64,000 nt of DNA from Octopus sinensis (Eukaryota): positions 68,262,001 to 68,326,000 of the forward strand of contig NC_043003.1 in NCBI RefSeq assembly GCF_006345805.1, in the 5' to 3' direction. The translations under genes and the position numbers were made by a program. Position 1 is the first letter of the stretch; every line of letters starts with the position of its first letter. Shown piece by piece: positions 27,618 to 39,700 of the stretch. Below the pieces are notes generated by a model. The model saw only the letters and a list, made by a program, of their open reading frames with translations, was not told the origin of the DNA and made no database searches.

Positions 27618-28270
27618 TAATACAAATATGGGACAAGAACGCAAAATATCAAGACAGATGATACAAAGAAAACAAGGACAGGTCATTCGGAGTTTCCTTT
27701 CCTCAGGCAAACTCCAGATTATCTTTGCAATTTCGGCTGATTATACTCGAGATTGCTCCAATCTGGCCAGCCCCAAGGAAAAACTAAGATAAGACCCCTA
27801 GATTCCTTGGAAGAACGCAGCGAATGGATACGAAAACAAGGGGCGAAAAAACAAACGGAGAAATGGTACACAATACAAATAACAGGACATTAACAACGAG
27901 AGAAGAGACAGAGGTAGAGGCAGAGGGATAGAAGAATGAAGGAGGGGCGAGACAAAACTGAGAGGGACTCTGCCTCTACCTCACTCTCTTCTCTCCCTAC
28001 GTGACCGGTGACCAAGAAAGAAAACCTGACCATTCTTTCTTGGTCCGACTACCATCCGTGCAACATCTGTATTCCTCCTTGTGCCTGTCAAATCTGTACT
28101 TCCACACACGCCAGCATAATTTAATTCGTCCTTAGTCGAAATACTCCATTGTTAATGCCATGTTATTAGTATTTGTGTACCATTTCTCTGTTTTTTCCCG
28201 TCCTTGTTTTCTTTGAATAGACTGTCTAGATGTTTTTTTTCTCCTCCATTTTTGTATTTTTTGTATATAA
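27618..28270. repeat. Interspersed repeat B in a rearranged, partly inverted configuration
   Basis: 27620-27900 is the reverse complement of ~53290-53540, while 27965-28210 is colinear with ~53060-53330. Internal inverted matches at 27845-27897/28151-28198 and 27899-27927/27968-27997. Bounded by (TA)n on both sides. Confidence 0.75.
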
Positions 28271-28317
28271 GTATATAGCGACGTACGTACACTTTGGTAT
28301 ATATATATATATATATC

Positions 28318-28381
<64 letters not shown>

Positions 28382-29355
28382 AGAGTTTACGCAAAAAACG
28401 CATGATATAACAGAAGAAAATTCCCCAAATACTCAAGTTGCCATGTTATGGTAGTGAATCCGGAACCATGCGGTTACTACAAAGTCATGTCTGCGACCAT
28501 ATATGCAAGGTTTAGAGGAAAGAATCCCATAATACACGGGGGTTTTACTTGAAAAAATACTATATTTGAACTCTGACATGCCGAAATATTTCGAAATAAT
28601 TACATAATAAATCAAATTGTGTTTAAAAGAACACATTAGAATGTAGCAACATAATAATATAATATGCAAAATTCACGCAACAAATAAATATTCAGCTTAC
28701 AGACAAAGCAGTAGTTATTCAGAAAAAATTCAATGAAATATTTGCAATTATACCGTCATATTAATTTCCAAAATCATGTCGTGTCAACTTAAATAATTGC
28801 TGTGAACCCAGTGTGATTTAATATTTTCTGATAGGCATCAAAATAATTTCAAATGTTTAATCAAAGATGCAGCAACAATCTGCTGTTTATGAATCATGGA
28901 TTTTGCTTTTGTCATAGTCTGCATTCATTGTGATTCTTAAAAGTTCTTGATTCTAAAAGTCACCTCTTATGCATTCAGTTGTTAACTGTAGCTATTACAC
29001 AATACATAGGAAATCAATGTTTCACTGATTCAGTGTTCCAATATATGGCATCCTTAACTAAGTATTCGATCGAACGTAAACAGAAGGTTAACATTCGCTG
29101 GTTAGGAGGTTTACGATTCCCGAGAACGTATATCTTTGTATTTGACTTACAATTCTTTTTTTTATGAGTAACATAATGTTCAATGAAAGAAGCTGTGACA
29201 AAGCTAGTCGACTGAAGCAGTGAAATTATCCATGACTTGTCTGAAAGAACTCAATAAGTGAAGAGCCGAAATATATTCTCATAAATATTCTCGTATTCAG
29301 CTGTAATGTAGTAATGTAGCAACAACACTTTCAAATATATTTTCTTCTTCATTAG

Positions 29356-29393
29356 ATATCTACTGCCATACGTTATCAAAATTGCGGTTATAG
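29356..29393 (+). other. Candidate 38-nt internal exon
   Basis: TTTTCTTCTTCATTAG| ... TAG|GTAAGA. Open as ISTAIRYQNCGY or YLLPYVIKIAVI. Confidence 0.3.
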
Positions 29394-30021
29394 GTAAGAT
29401 TGTTCAACAATAACTTAAAATCATTTTGTCTCAAGCTATAAAATTTTAAAATATAGTCGTATAGATCATCCACGTAATAGTTTCCAAGCATTCAATAGTC
29501 GTCCCATACTAGTAAACCTTGTTTGTTACATTGGTCATTTAGTTCAGTGTGCAACAGTATAAAAGACATAGTTGACATTTTCAATGTGTCTTTTATAATT
29601 GCACTGATTAAAAGAGCTGCATTTCTTCAGTTGTATATATTCCGAAGTCTATACATTTTTGGCTATAGTAGTTTCTCAAGTTTCATTCATTTATTACAGA
29701 TGGGTACTGTACTTAGCGACAGTGAATTTTTGGAGATTCATTTGGACATTAAAAGAATCCACCGAATGCAAAAAAAGCAGTTGTACTTCATTTATGTCCA
29801 GGAGTGATAAGCAGCTAAACCAATGTTAAATATAACTAAGACTGCGAATTTAATATAAGATTAAATACAATAACTAAATTTATCGAAACGAGGCATATCA
29901 GATATTTAGCGTCTTCAGGATTTTCGTTGAAATAGATAATATTTTGGAAATGAAAAATGATATTAATTGCAAAAATCACATCATGCAAGTAAAATTGCGT
30001 TTATGACATTCAAAAGAGATT

Positions 30022-30200
30022 GATCGAGGCTGTGTAGGTACAGTGTTAAGACATTTTCTTCCCAACCACATGGGTCCGATTGCAGGCCCAGCATGACACC
30101 TTGGGCAAGTGCATTCTACAATAGATTCGGGAAAACCAAAGTCTTGTAAGTAGATTTCATAGTCGAAAACTGAAAGAAGCCAGTCTTATATATATATATA
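30022..30200 (+). mobile_element. SINE family 1, 5' half
   Basis: CTTCCCAACCACATGG...GACACCTTGGGCAAGTGCATTCTAC...AACTGAAAGAAGCC. Confidence 0.7.
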
Positions 30201-30517
30201 TATGAAATAGTGTACAAAATAGTTACGCGAAAGACGTGACCTTTAACAGGATACCTTACATGCTAGAATGGGCCGTCAAATCCCAAACCACAAATAAAAG
30301 TAATTTCAAAGAAATGAAAATAAAAAAAATATTTTTGGAGTTACCCCCAGTCTCAAGTTTCTGTATCAATGAGCAAAATAGATTAATTTTCCATCGTACT
30401 TCTTCAGTTAAGGTGCTAAACTTAATGCATACATATGCATCAAGTAGTATCGAAGTGTGTACTACACACTTCTACATTTTAATATTCAAATCCACAATGT
30501 ATAAATACAATATGAAA

Positions 30518-30575
<58 letters not shown>

Positions 30576-30620
30576 AATATTAGGGAATAAATCCAAACTT
30601 ACAGGGAAAAATCAGATTTT

Positions 30621-30923
<303 letters not shown>

Positions 30924-31001
30924 TATATATATATATATAAGATGAGAAAATAGAGAGGTAGTTAATTCATTATTATTTATTAATTAAAAATTGGCAAACA
31001 T

Positions 31002-31085
31002 CCATTACAGCTGTTTCAATTCAGACCCTCAGAAAATTTATTAATTATATTTAATACTATTTGAAAGTCGAATCTCTTCAGAGGT
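31002..31085 (-). ncRNA. Candidate type I hammerhead ribozyme, weak stem I
   Basis: Minus strand: CTGAAGA (31081-31075), long stem II GATTCGAC.../...GTCTGAATT, GAAAC-AGCT-GTA (31017-31006). Stem I pairs poorly. Confidence 0.4.
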
Positions 31086-32584
31086 AGATAAATATATTCA
31101 AAATACTTATTCAATTCCTGTATGTTGAGTAAACGGCTGCAAACTGTTAACTGCCAAAATTATACACAAAGAACATACAAACGGTAAAAGCCTTAGAAGA
31201 GGAATAACGTTGTGTATAATGGAGTTGTAAAACAATATATTGATGTGAAGTGTTAAGAATAAGAAAGTTCAAGTAGATATAATTGGTAAAAATGTCATAT
31301 GATACAATTATGTCTATTCTTAATAAATCAATATGAAATTATGTAGAGTTTAATGTGTGTATAGTTACTAATATAAAATTAAGGTGGAATACATTCAGGC
31401 AATATATTACTTACTATAAATATCTAAATAGTTAAAAGACCAATAATAATTTTAATGTTAAGGTATTTAAATTTACAAATAAAAGCATGAATAAAGTAAA
31501 GTAAATAAATCAAAATAGATAAAGTGCAAAAATAGATAAAGAGAGAAAAATAGATAAATGAATAAAGAATTATAAATTATAAACTTTCACCCCTTGAAAT
31601 TTATTATTGAGCTAGACTAATAAAGATAATGAACTATTGGACAAAATTAAAATTTAAAGATTTCAGATGTGCAGCGTTCGTATAGTGAGATACCGAGGAA
31701 AATATGTTAAGTTTCTAATGTATGGAGATATGATAGATAACATAAGCAAAACTTGGATTTAAAGGGAATAAAAATATGCTAATAAAAGTGATAAGGGCTT
31801 CAATATGGGTGAATTCAACAAAGTAAATTAAAATTTATTAATAAAAGTATTTACATAGTTAGATATACAAATAGTTAAATATAAGCCCTCAAAACTGGAA
31901 GTAGGTATTCATATAGAGGTGAATGGCCAAAGAAAATTTAGGAATAAGCTACTTTAGGGACTTACCAAAGTGAAAACCGGTAGGACTAAATAATAGTTAT
32001 TTACAGTGTGTTAGGAAATAGCTACAGGTTGCGTTCATATAATACAATTAGTTTGATTTAGAGGGGAAGAGCTTACGAAAAACTAGGAACAAATTAAATT
32101 ATGGACATACACAAAATACGAACCGGTGAATGCAAAAACGATTTAAAAACTTTCAAATTATTAAACACATGAGATCAACATGCGTTTAAATAGGAGGATA
32201 TACAAGAATTATAAAAGTTGCTAAATTGCTTACTTGGAGATTATTAAAAGTACACTGTAATTATATTATGTATATGTAGGCGTAAACAGGACCAAATATA
32301 AAATTAACGGAAAACAGTCATTATTAATAAATTGAGCAAAGCAAGTAAATAAATTAGGCTAGAGAGAAAATGTGCATATTATATCTTCTTAGAGAGGTGT
32401 GCAAGGTATAAAGCAAAAAGTACTTCATTAAATAATAAGTTATGTGGATAAAATATTAAAACATTCTACCCAAAATAGGAAGAAAAAATAAAATAATTAA
32501 TAAAATACTGGAAGAATAGGGAGGATAATGTTTAATTTTATGGTAAGTAGTTATAAGAAAAACTGTTATTAAAGTTTATACATA

Positions 32585-32618
<34 letters not shown>

Positions 32619-32627
32619 TATATATAT

Positions 32628-32691
32628 AACTATATTTGGCGCTATCTCCATCATATATATATATATGATGGAGATAGCGCCAAATATAGTT
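32628..32691. repeat. Perfect 64-bp palindrome centred on (AT)7
   Basis: AACTATATTTGGCGCTATCTCCATC-(AT)7-GATGGAGATAGCGCCAAATATAGTT. Confidence 0.95.
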
Positions 32692-32835
32692 TAAATGGAA
32701 AAGTTAATCAGAAAATAATGAAAAGTTAGTTGTAAGAATTTAGTTATAAATATATAAAATCCACGTAGTAATTAATAGATATAATAATGGATCAATAAAG
32801 CATTATGTGATAGGTGCAAGATATACAGTAAACGT

Positions 32836-35059
32836 CAGGGTTGCCAATTTAGCATATTTTATATAAAAGATCTAGTATTTTTATTTTTTCAGCATTTAGC
32901 AAGGAAAATATGTTTAAAATGTCATTTAGCATGTTTTTTAGCATTTTTGTCTGATCATAACATTTCCACAATAGTTACCCTTTTTCCTCTTTTTCCTCCT
33001 TATCTACTTTCGTTAATGTATCTTATAGATAAAATTTAAGCTCTCTCCGCTATCGTTGAATTTGTCTTTCACTTTCTTGAAACTTCAAATGAAAGTTTAT
33101 CAAAAGGAAGTTTATCAAGTATGAACTTCTCTAGCCCCACTCAAATCTGCTTGGATACAGAGTGGTGTGGGTGGGAGAAGATAATTCATGTCAGCACCTG
33201 AACTCACTACATAATAATGTAAATATGTTGCAAAGAACGAGAGCATGGAAATTCGCCCTTACAATGCTTTATTCTGTAGTTATGAGTCTTTATCATGACA
33301 GGTTGATTGACTTACTTTCAGTTCGACTGTTTTAAAATAGGCCTGTGTTTTTTAATGCTTGTTTTCGATTAAATATATTGTATAGAAGTACGGCGGCGGC
33401 AGAGTCTCCTCCTTTATATTTCTACTTACTTATGTTTTCGAGTATTGTAATTATATTTGTGGTTTTACCAATAGATATTAAATGTTAGATTGGAAGCGAA
33501 ATATGATGTTCCCAGGCTTATATGAAAACACAGTTTTAGGATTTCCGCAGGTTTTACTTTTCCATTTATTAGTAAGCCACCCTACATCCTGAATAATTAT
33601 TCTTCACCTCAAGAATTTGTAAGCAGCAAACATAAGAATTGTTTATGACGAATGAAAGAATTGTTAACGGCAAAGTCATAAGTTGTGTTTTCAATTTTAT
33701 ATTTTCAGTAATCATTCAATTTATTTTCTTGCTTCCCACTACATTATGATGAGCAGAGAAAAATCAAATTTGTACCAGCAAAATATCCTAAAGGAATGGC
33801 TGAAGATGCCAGCGATTACTACGTGGTTGTGTGAAGTACCTAGTGACCAATCTAATGCATATTCCAGATATTGCAGATGTAACGTGTTGACAAAATATTC
33901 TCTTTTAGTAAGCCACTGTGAAGCAAAGAAACATAAGGTATCAACTCCACAGAAAATGATACCTCTTACCAATTTTATTAAAACCAAAAATGATAAGGCA
34001 TCTATTGCTTGAAGCAAAGGTAGCAATATTTATTTGTTGCTACTCATAATTTAATAACTGTGATCACTTAATAGAGTTATGTAAGAATTATATGTCTGAT
34101 AGAGATATTATATCCAAAGTGAAGTTGCATCGTACAAAATGTGCAAATATTGTGAGAAATGTTTTAGCTCCATATTTTGATGGAGATTTGATTTTGGAGA
34201 TAGAAAAGTTAGCTTGTTATTACATGAATCCAATGATATATCGATAAACAAGACGTTAGGAATTGTTATCATATATTATAGTGACACTCACAAAAACTTG
34301 AATTAGTGAAAAAGAAATTAGATACAAAAAATTTGCAGGCTCTAGGAACCAATATTGCTACAGTAATGATAGGAGTCAACAATAGTATTTTCCAGAAATT
34401 AAAAGAAGTTCCATCATTACTTCTATGTAGATGCGTATGTCATTCTTTACAGTTGATACAATCCCTTATCTGTGCTGAATGCTTGCCCATAAATTTGGAA
34501 TTTCTAGTATCCGAAACCTATAAACGGTGCTCCCTTTCTTCAACAAGAAAAGTGCCCACAAACAATTTTACATTGCTATTAATGATAAAGAGCCTTTGAA
34601 GATCGTGAATTCTTGCGCAACTGGGTGGCTGTCAATAGAGCCAGTAGGAAATAGAATTTGAAGCCAATGCTTTGAATTGCAAAGTCACTTCCATTTAGTT
34701 CGTATTTTTCATTTTTCAATGAAATCTTCTTCTATCACCAGAGTAAAGCAAGTTCTTATATTCTTTTATTCTTTTACATGTTCAATCATTTGACTGCGGC
34801 CATGCTGGAGCACCACCTTCAGTCGAAGAAATAGACCCCAGGGCATGTTCTTTGCAAGCGTAGTACTTATTTTATCGGTTTCTTTTGCCGAACTGCTAGG
34901 TTACGGGGATGTAAACACACCAACATCGATTGTCAAACAATGGTTCGGGGACAGGCACATACGCACAAATACATAGGTTCATATACTTATATGTATGTAT
35001 GCATGTAGGTATATGTATATATATATGTGTGTGTGTGTATACATATATATATATGTATA

Positions 35060-35110
<51 letters not shown>

Positions 35111-35126
35111 AAACATATATACATAT

Positions 35127-35158
<32 letters not shown>

Positions 35159-35487
35159 CGGCGGGCTTCTTTAAATTTCCGTATACCAAATCCACTCACA
35201 AGGCTTTGGTCGGCCCAAGGCTATAGTAGAAGATACTTGCCGAAAGTACCACGCTGTAGGACTGAAACCGCCACCATGGGGTTGGGAAGCAAACTGCTTA
35301 TCTCACACATATTGACTGCTATTTTCTGAAGGTTATTTGTGGCGCCATATATTAATTGCTATCACTTCTATTGTAGAAAGTTAATTGTGGTTGATCAGTG
35401 TAAACTCCTGGTTAGCGTATTAATGGCTTTATACTTGAAAACTTTCCTATATTTTGTATAATAACTGCTATTTTTATTGGCAACAAA
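32836..35487 (+). mobile_element. Decayed hAT-superfamily DNA transposon carrying a nested SINE
   Basis: Left end CAGGGTTGCCAATTTAGCA, matching right end TGCTA...TTGGCAAC near 35484. Fragments at 33740-34650: zinc-finger-like YCRC...SHCEAKKH, DHLIELCK...KLHRTKCANIVRNVLAP, LLHESNDISINKTLGIV, and CRCVCHSLQL (hAT CxxH motif). Multiple stops and frameshifts. No 8-bp TSD visible. Confidence 0.8.
34771..35310 (-). mobile_element. SINE family 1, full length, nested in the hAT relic
   Basis: Head, body, microsatellite and tail are all recognisable and colinear with 10526-10945. Confidence 0.85.
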
Positions 35488-36822
35488 TATTGACTCTCAA
35501 AACATCCATAAATATACATAACATACAATTACTAAACAAATTTTAATAATAATATAATTTTAAAATACAATTAATCCGGAAGCAGTTCTACAAAAATAAC
35601 ATTTGTTCGCCATCTCTTTTACAAGTTAAAACCGTGTTGATAGAAAATATACATTGACGTATATCAGTGTAAATAGAAAATAGATTAAACAGTTTATACA
35701 TGTAAATATATTCCCCAAGTTAATATAATTTAAATTACATAACTTCCTTTCGATACGAATTTTAACAAATATAAACGAAAAAACTTTTAAATTATAAAAT
35801 GTGTTTACAGCCATTGATATAGATGACATGAACATATTTTGTTCAGTTCTTAATATTTAAATTGATTGTATTAGCAATACACACATTAAATTAACATAGA
35901 TAAAACAGCTAAATTTTCTTTACTGGCATTTTATCGGGAGATTGTATTTTTATATTTAATTAGAATACATATTTTCGCTACTTTGGAATATGTAAAGAGG
36001 CAAACCTATTTATAAATAGCCAAGTAATACTATTCTGCATTACAAAGTTAAATCTTTCATGCACGAATATCTAAAATAAAGTGTAGCAAACACGATAGAA
36101 GTTATTTTCTGAGCTACATGGCCAAGTGAGGGTAATGATCGAAGTCTGGAGTAGAAGAGCTTACCATAGTTAATTAAGAAATTGATAAATAAAAACAACG
36201 GCAAATGTGACATATTATCGATGCTCGGTCAAGAAATTAATATCAATCATTATAATATACCTAATTATCGTTTTCTGAATCAAGCATTCTATCCTGGCTC
36301 TACTTATAATATGACGAGAGCAAGTCATTCCTTAAGTGTTTCTATCCATTGAAACTATAGCAGATGTAAATTACTCCAGAGGAATGTTCTGCATTTTAAA
36401 TACTGATACGATACTCCTTTTTAGATGTAATACCGGGATTCGGAATACATTGATCATCTCAGATTATCCAAGAGATTAACTGATACACCCAGACTATAAA
36501 AATGTTTAATATCACAGAAAATATGCAATGGCCATATACACGATCCGATAATCGCATCTTGGGAACAATAGAGACACTGTAGATTGATGTGGATGTTGTC
36601 ACTAAAACAGAATATTAAAAGTATAAGTAGTTTATCTCTGTTACTGACTAAAATCTGATCAGAAAATGTTTATCTTAGGAATTTTGATGATTTAAAAGAA
36701 CAGTGTTTTCCCCATTTCGCTTTAGCAACCAAATATCTTTCAATATGCATTGCTTATGTTAAAAACTAGTCTTATTGAAACTATTGCTTTTTGTTTTAAA
36801 ATTTTTTTTAACATTTCTACAG

Positions 36823-36873
36823 GAAGTTTTCGGTAACTAGTTGCTGGGATATTCTTCTTCAATTAAATATGAT
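36823..36873 (+). other. Candidate 51-nt internal exon
   Basis: TTTTTTTTAACATTTCTACAG| ... GAT|GTAAGA. Open in phase 2-2 as KFSVTSCWDILLQLNM. Confidence 0.3.
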
Positions 36874-37520
36874 GTAAGAATACTGCATAAAATTGAATCG
36901 GTTTTGTACAGATGAAAAAGTAGTATACCTTTTCAGGCAATTTCCATTTAAGTTTTTATAAGTATTTACATATTGAATATACTTCAGACAAATTCTGATT
37001 TGCATAAGTATGTTTTATTGATTATTTTTGTAGTATGCTCATGATCTTCTGCCGTGCTTTCGACGTACGTAGACAGAATGTGTAAAGATATTGCAAAAAG
37101 GAGACGTGTTCCGAACGATACACACAGAATAAAATTCGCTAAAGAATTCTAAGAATTGGAGACCGTTGAGGGAATAAATTGAGTTCATCAGCCTAAATAC
37201 TGTTGTATTTTGTGCCTGTATATGATAACGTCCATGGCACTCCAAAACCGAAAACAAGTATATGTACCGCAGCAGTTGCTATATAGAGTTGAATAGAGAA
37301 TGTACATCTATATGTTCGATATGACTTGAGTCGAGTATAGAGTGGTAACTAGAATTGAGATGACAAGGGATTAAATGATTATCTTATGAACTGCATCAGC
37401 TTTGGGCTGTTTCCACAAAAATATGCGACGGACTCGTAGTTGTGTGTCTGAGTAACACCTTAGAGTTTCATCAGATCCTCAAACATGTAGTACTATCATG
37501 AAGTGGCACTTTGTGATCGG

Positions 37521-37604
37521 GGCTCTGATGAAACTGTAAGGGGAGGAAACTGAGGCATTCAAACATAATGCCTCCTCATCCAATAGTGGAAACAGCTGTA
37601 AGCT
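37521..37604 (+). ncRNA. Candidate type I hammerhead ribozyme (minimal, palindromic stem III loop)
   Basis: Stem I GGCT/AGCT; CTGATGA 37525-37531; extended stem II with GAGGCATT/AATGCCTC; GAAA 37589-37592; C-AGCT-G; GTA cleavage triplet ending at 37600. The stem II closing pair is an A-G mismatch. Confidence 0.55.
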
Positions 37605-37919
37605 AATTAAGTTCATATGATAATTATCTATTCATCATTTGTCGTCTCTTTTCATTTTCATACACACACACTCATACACACGTACACACGCATTCATACA
37701 TACGTTTATATATATATATATATATATGTAATTATGTGAGTGTCTGTGTGTATTAGAAGGTTTGGAGGTGATGTACGCGTATTATATATTAGAAGAAATA
37801 AAGTACCCAGAAATCTGGATGGTCTTACATTTACAGATTTTTATTGATATGTCACATGCTTTTATAAATCATAAATTAACGCTTGCATCTACTCTAGTAG
37901 AATCTCCAGATTTTCTAAT

Positions 37920-37999
<80 letters not shown>

Positions 38000-39626
38000 T
38001 ATTGATATGTATGACATCGATCGGTGTGTTTATCAATAGATTTGAATGACATTAAAATGCTTCATGTATCTTAACATTTGTATTCGTGATTAGCCGACGA
38101 GGAAAGTTTCTTTGTTCTCTAAACGTCCAAATGAATGGTTTTCTGAGATACAAAGTTGTGCTTATTTCTTGAAATCTTCGGCAAATTACTTCTGTAATTT
38201 TATGATCCTTAATTATACGAGCAATGATTGAAGAAATGTCACCGTCTATTCGCATTCTTTTCAAGTGTAGTACGAGATGGTGTATCCGAAAATCAATCAA
38301 TTTTCCTTAATATACATCTACTGAAAAGTTAGTAAAGAAAACCCTAAATAATTAAACATGTTTCTTTGCTTTGAATTTTCCATTTCGCATGCCGCTTTAT
38401 TCAAATTTCGGTGGAAGGGGGTCTTTCACACTAGAATTTTTAAGTATCTGCTTGATGTTTGCAACAGCACTCTCTATAAATGATAATAGTAATATGTATC
38501 GATTCAAGATTATTTATCAATGATATGGTGTGTGAATGTTGTCAAACGTGATAAACGAATGTGTCATAGATCTAGTTTTAACTATCGAAAGGATGCGGAT
38601 TTTATAGACGCTTTACAAATATAAACACATTCCTTTTGCATTAGCATTTTAAATATTGAACAATGACTGTCATTATTGAACGAAAATCCTTATCTTTAAG
38701 ACATCAAATAAAACGGGGTCTTTCTTACAAGCTGACAAGCATTCATCTAGAAGAGAAATATTCAAAGTTTTATGTAATGGCGATTACATGCAATAAATCG
38801 TGGTTTCAATCACACCAAGATATCTTAATTAATTTCAAAGTTTTCCAGTCTTATTTAATACCTCACTCCCTAGCAACCACACTATTTGATTATGCTGGCT
38901 CCTATTCAAATCTTTCCTTCGATTGATCTTTGTCAGAATGTTTAGTGTTATGCAAACTCAATCAACCCAATGTCAATTATCTTCGATGAGAATATTTGAT
39001 TTAAATTTGTTATCTATAGGACTTCTTGACACACTACCAAGCCATTAAATATGCTTTATGACGGAATAGGCAACAACATTCAATGTCCGTCTCCAAATGA
39101 ATTATGCACATTAATATAGTTTCGTTTATTTCTTTCTAAATATATCTGGAATTCCGGTGTTGTTTGAGTTATTGTGTATGATATGGGAAGGCGTCCGCTC
39201 TAAGTAATATAAGCCTCAATACTGATATTTATATATAGACAATATTCCATATTATTATACAGTCTAAGAATTCCAATAAAAGCGGTGTAAATTTATAAAT
39301 TATCTGTTCCCTATTAAATATATTTTCATAACAATTCAATTTGAAGTATGAAAACCAAATATTAGATATTAGTAAAGTTCGCTTAACGGTTTTGTTGTAA
39401 AATCTTTAAAGAATGCAGATCAGCTTCATGTAAATTTTATGTTGTTGAAGTTAATCTTCTCATATTATGAAAGTTTCGAAGCACAAGTATCCTAGAGTTA
39501 GGAAGTAATTGTGTTATTGTTTATTTTACTCGGTACAACAGTTCAGCCCGTATAAGATCTAGATAGATGTATTAATTTGAAAATTGTATCTCAGACGATG
39601 AAGAGGAGTAGGTGGTGCGATAGGTG

Positions 39627-39700
39627 TTGAAGAAGAAGAAGAAGAGGAAAAAGAAAAAGAAAAAGAAGAAGAAGAAGAAGAAGAAGAAGAAGAAGAAGAA
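39627..39700. repeat. (GAA)n microsatellite
   Basis: GAAGAAGAA run with GAAAAA variants. Confidence 0.9.

Noticed and set aside
38052-39110. Weak Tc1-like helix-turn-helix (38052-38300) and DDE-like fragments (38700-39110) on the minus strand
   Set aside because: Similarity is faint, the domain order is wrong for a single element, and no TIRs were found.
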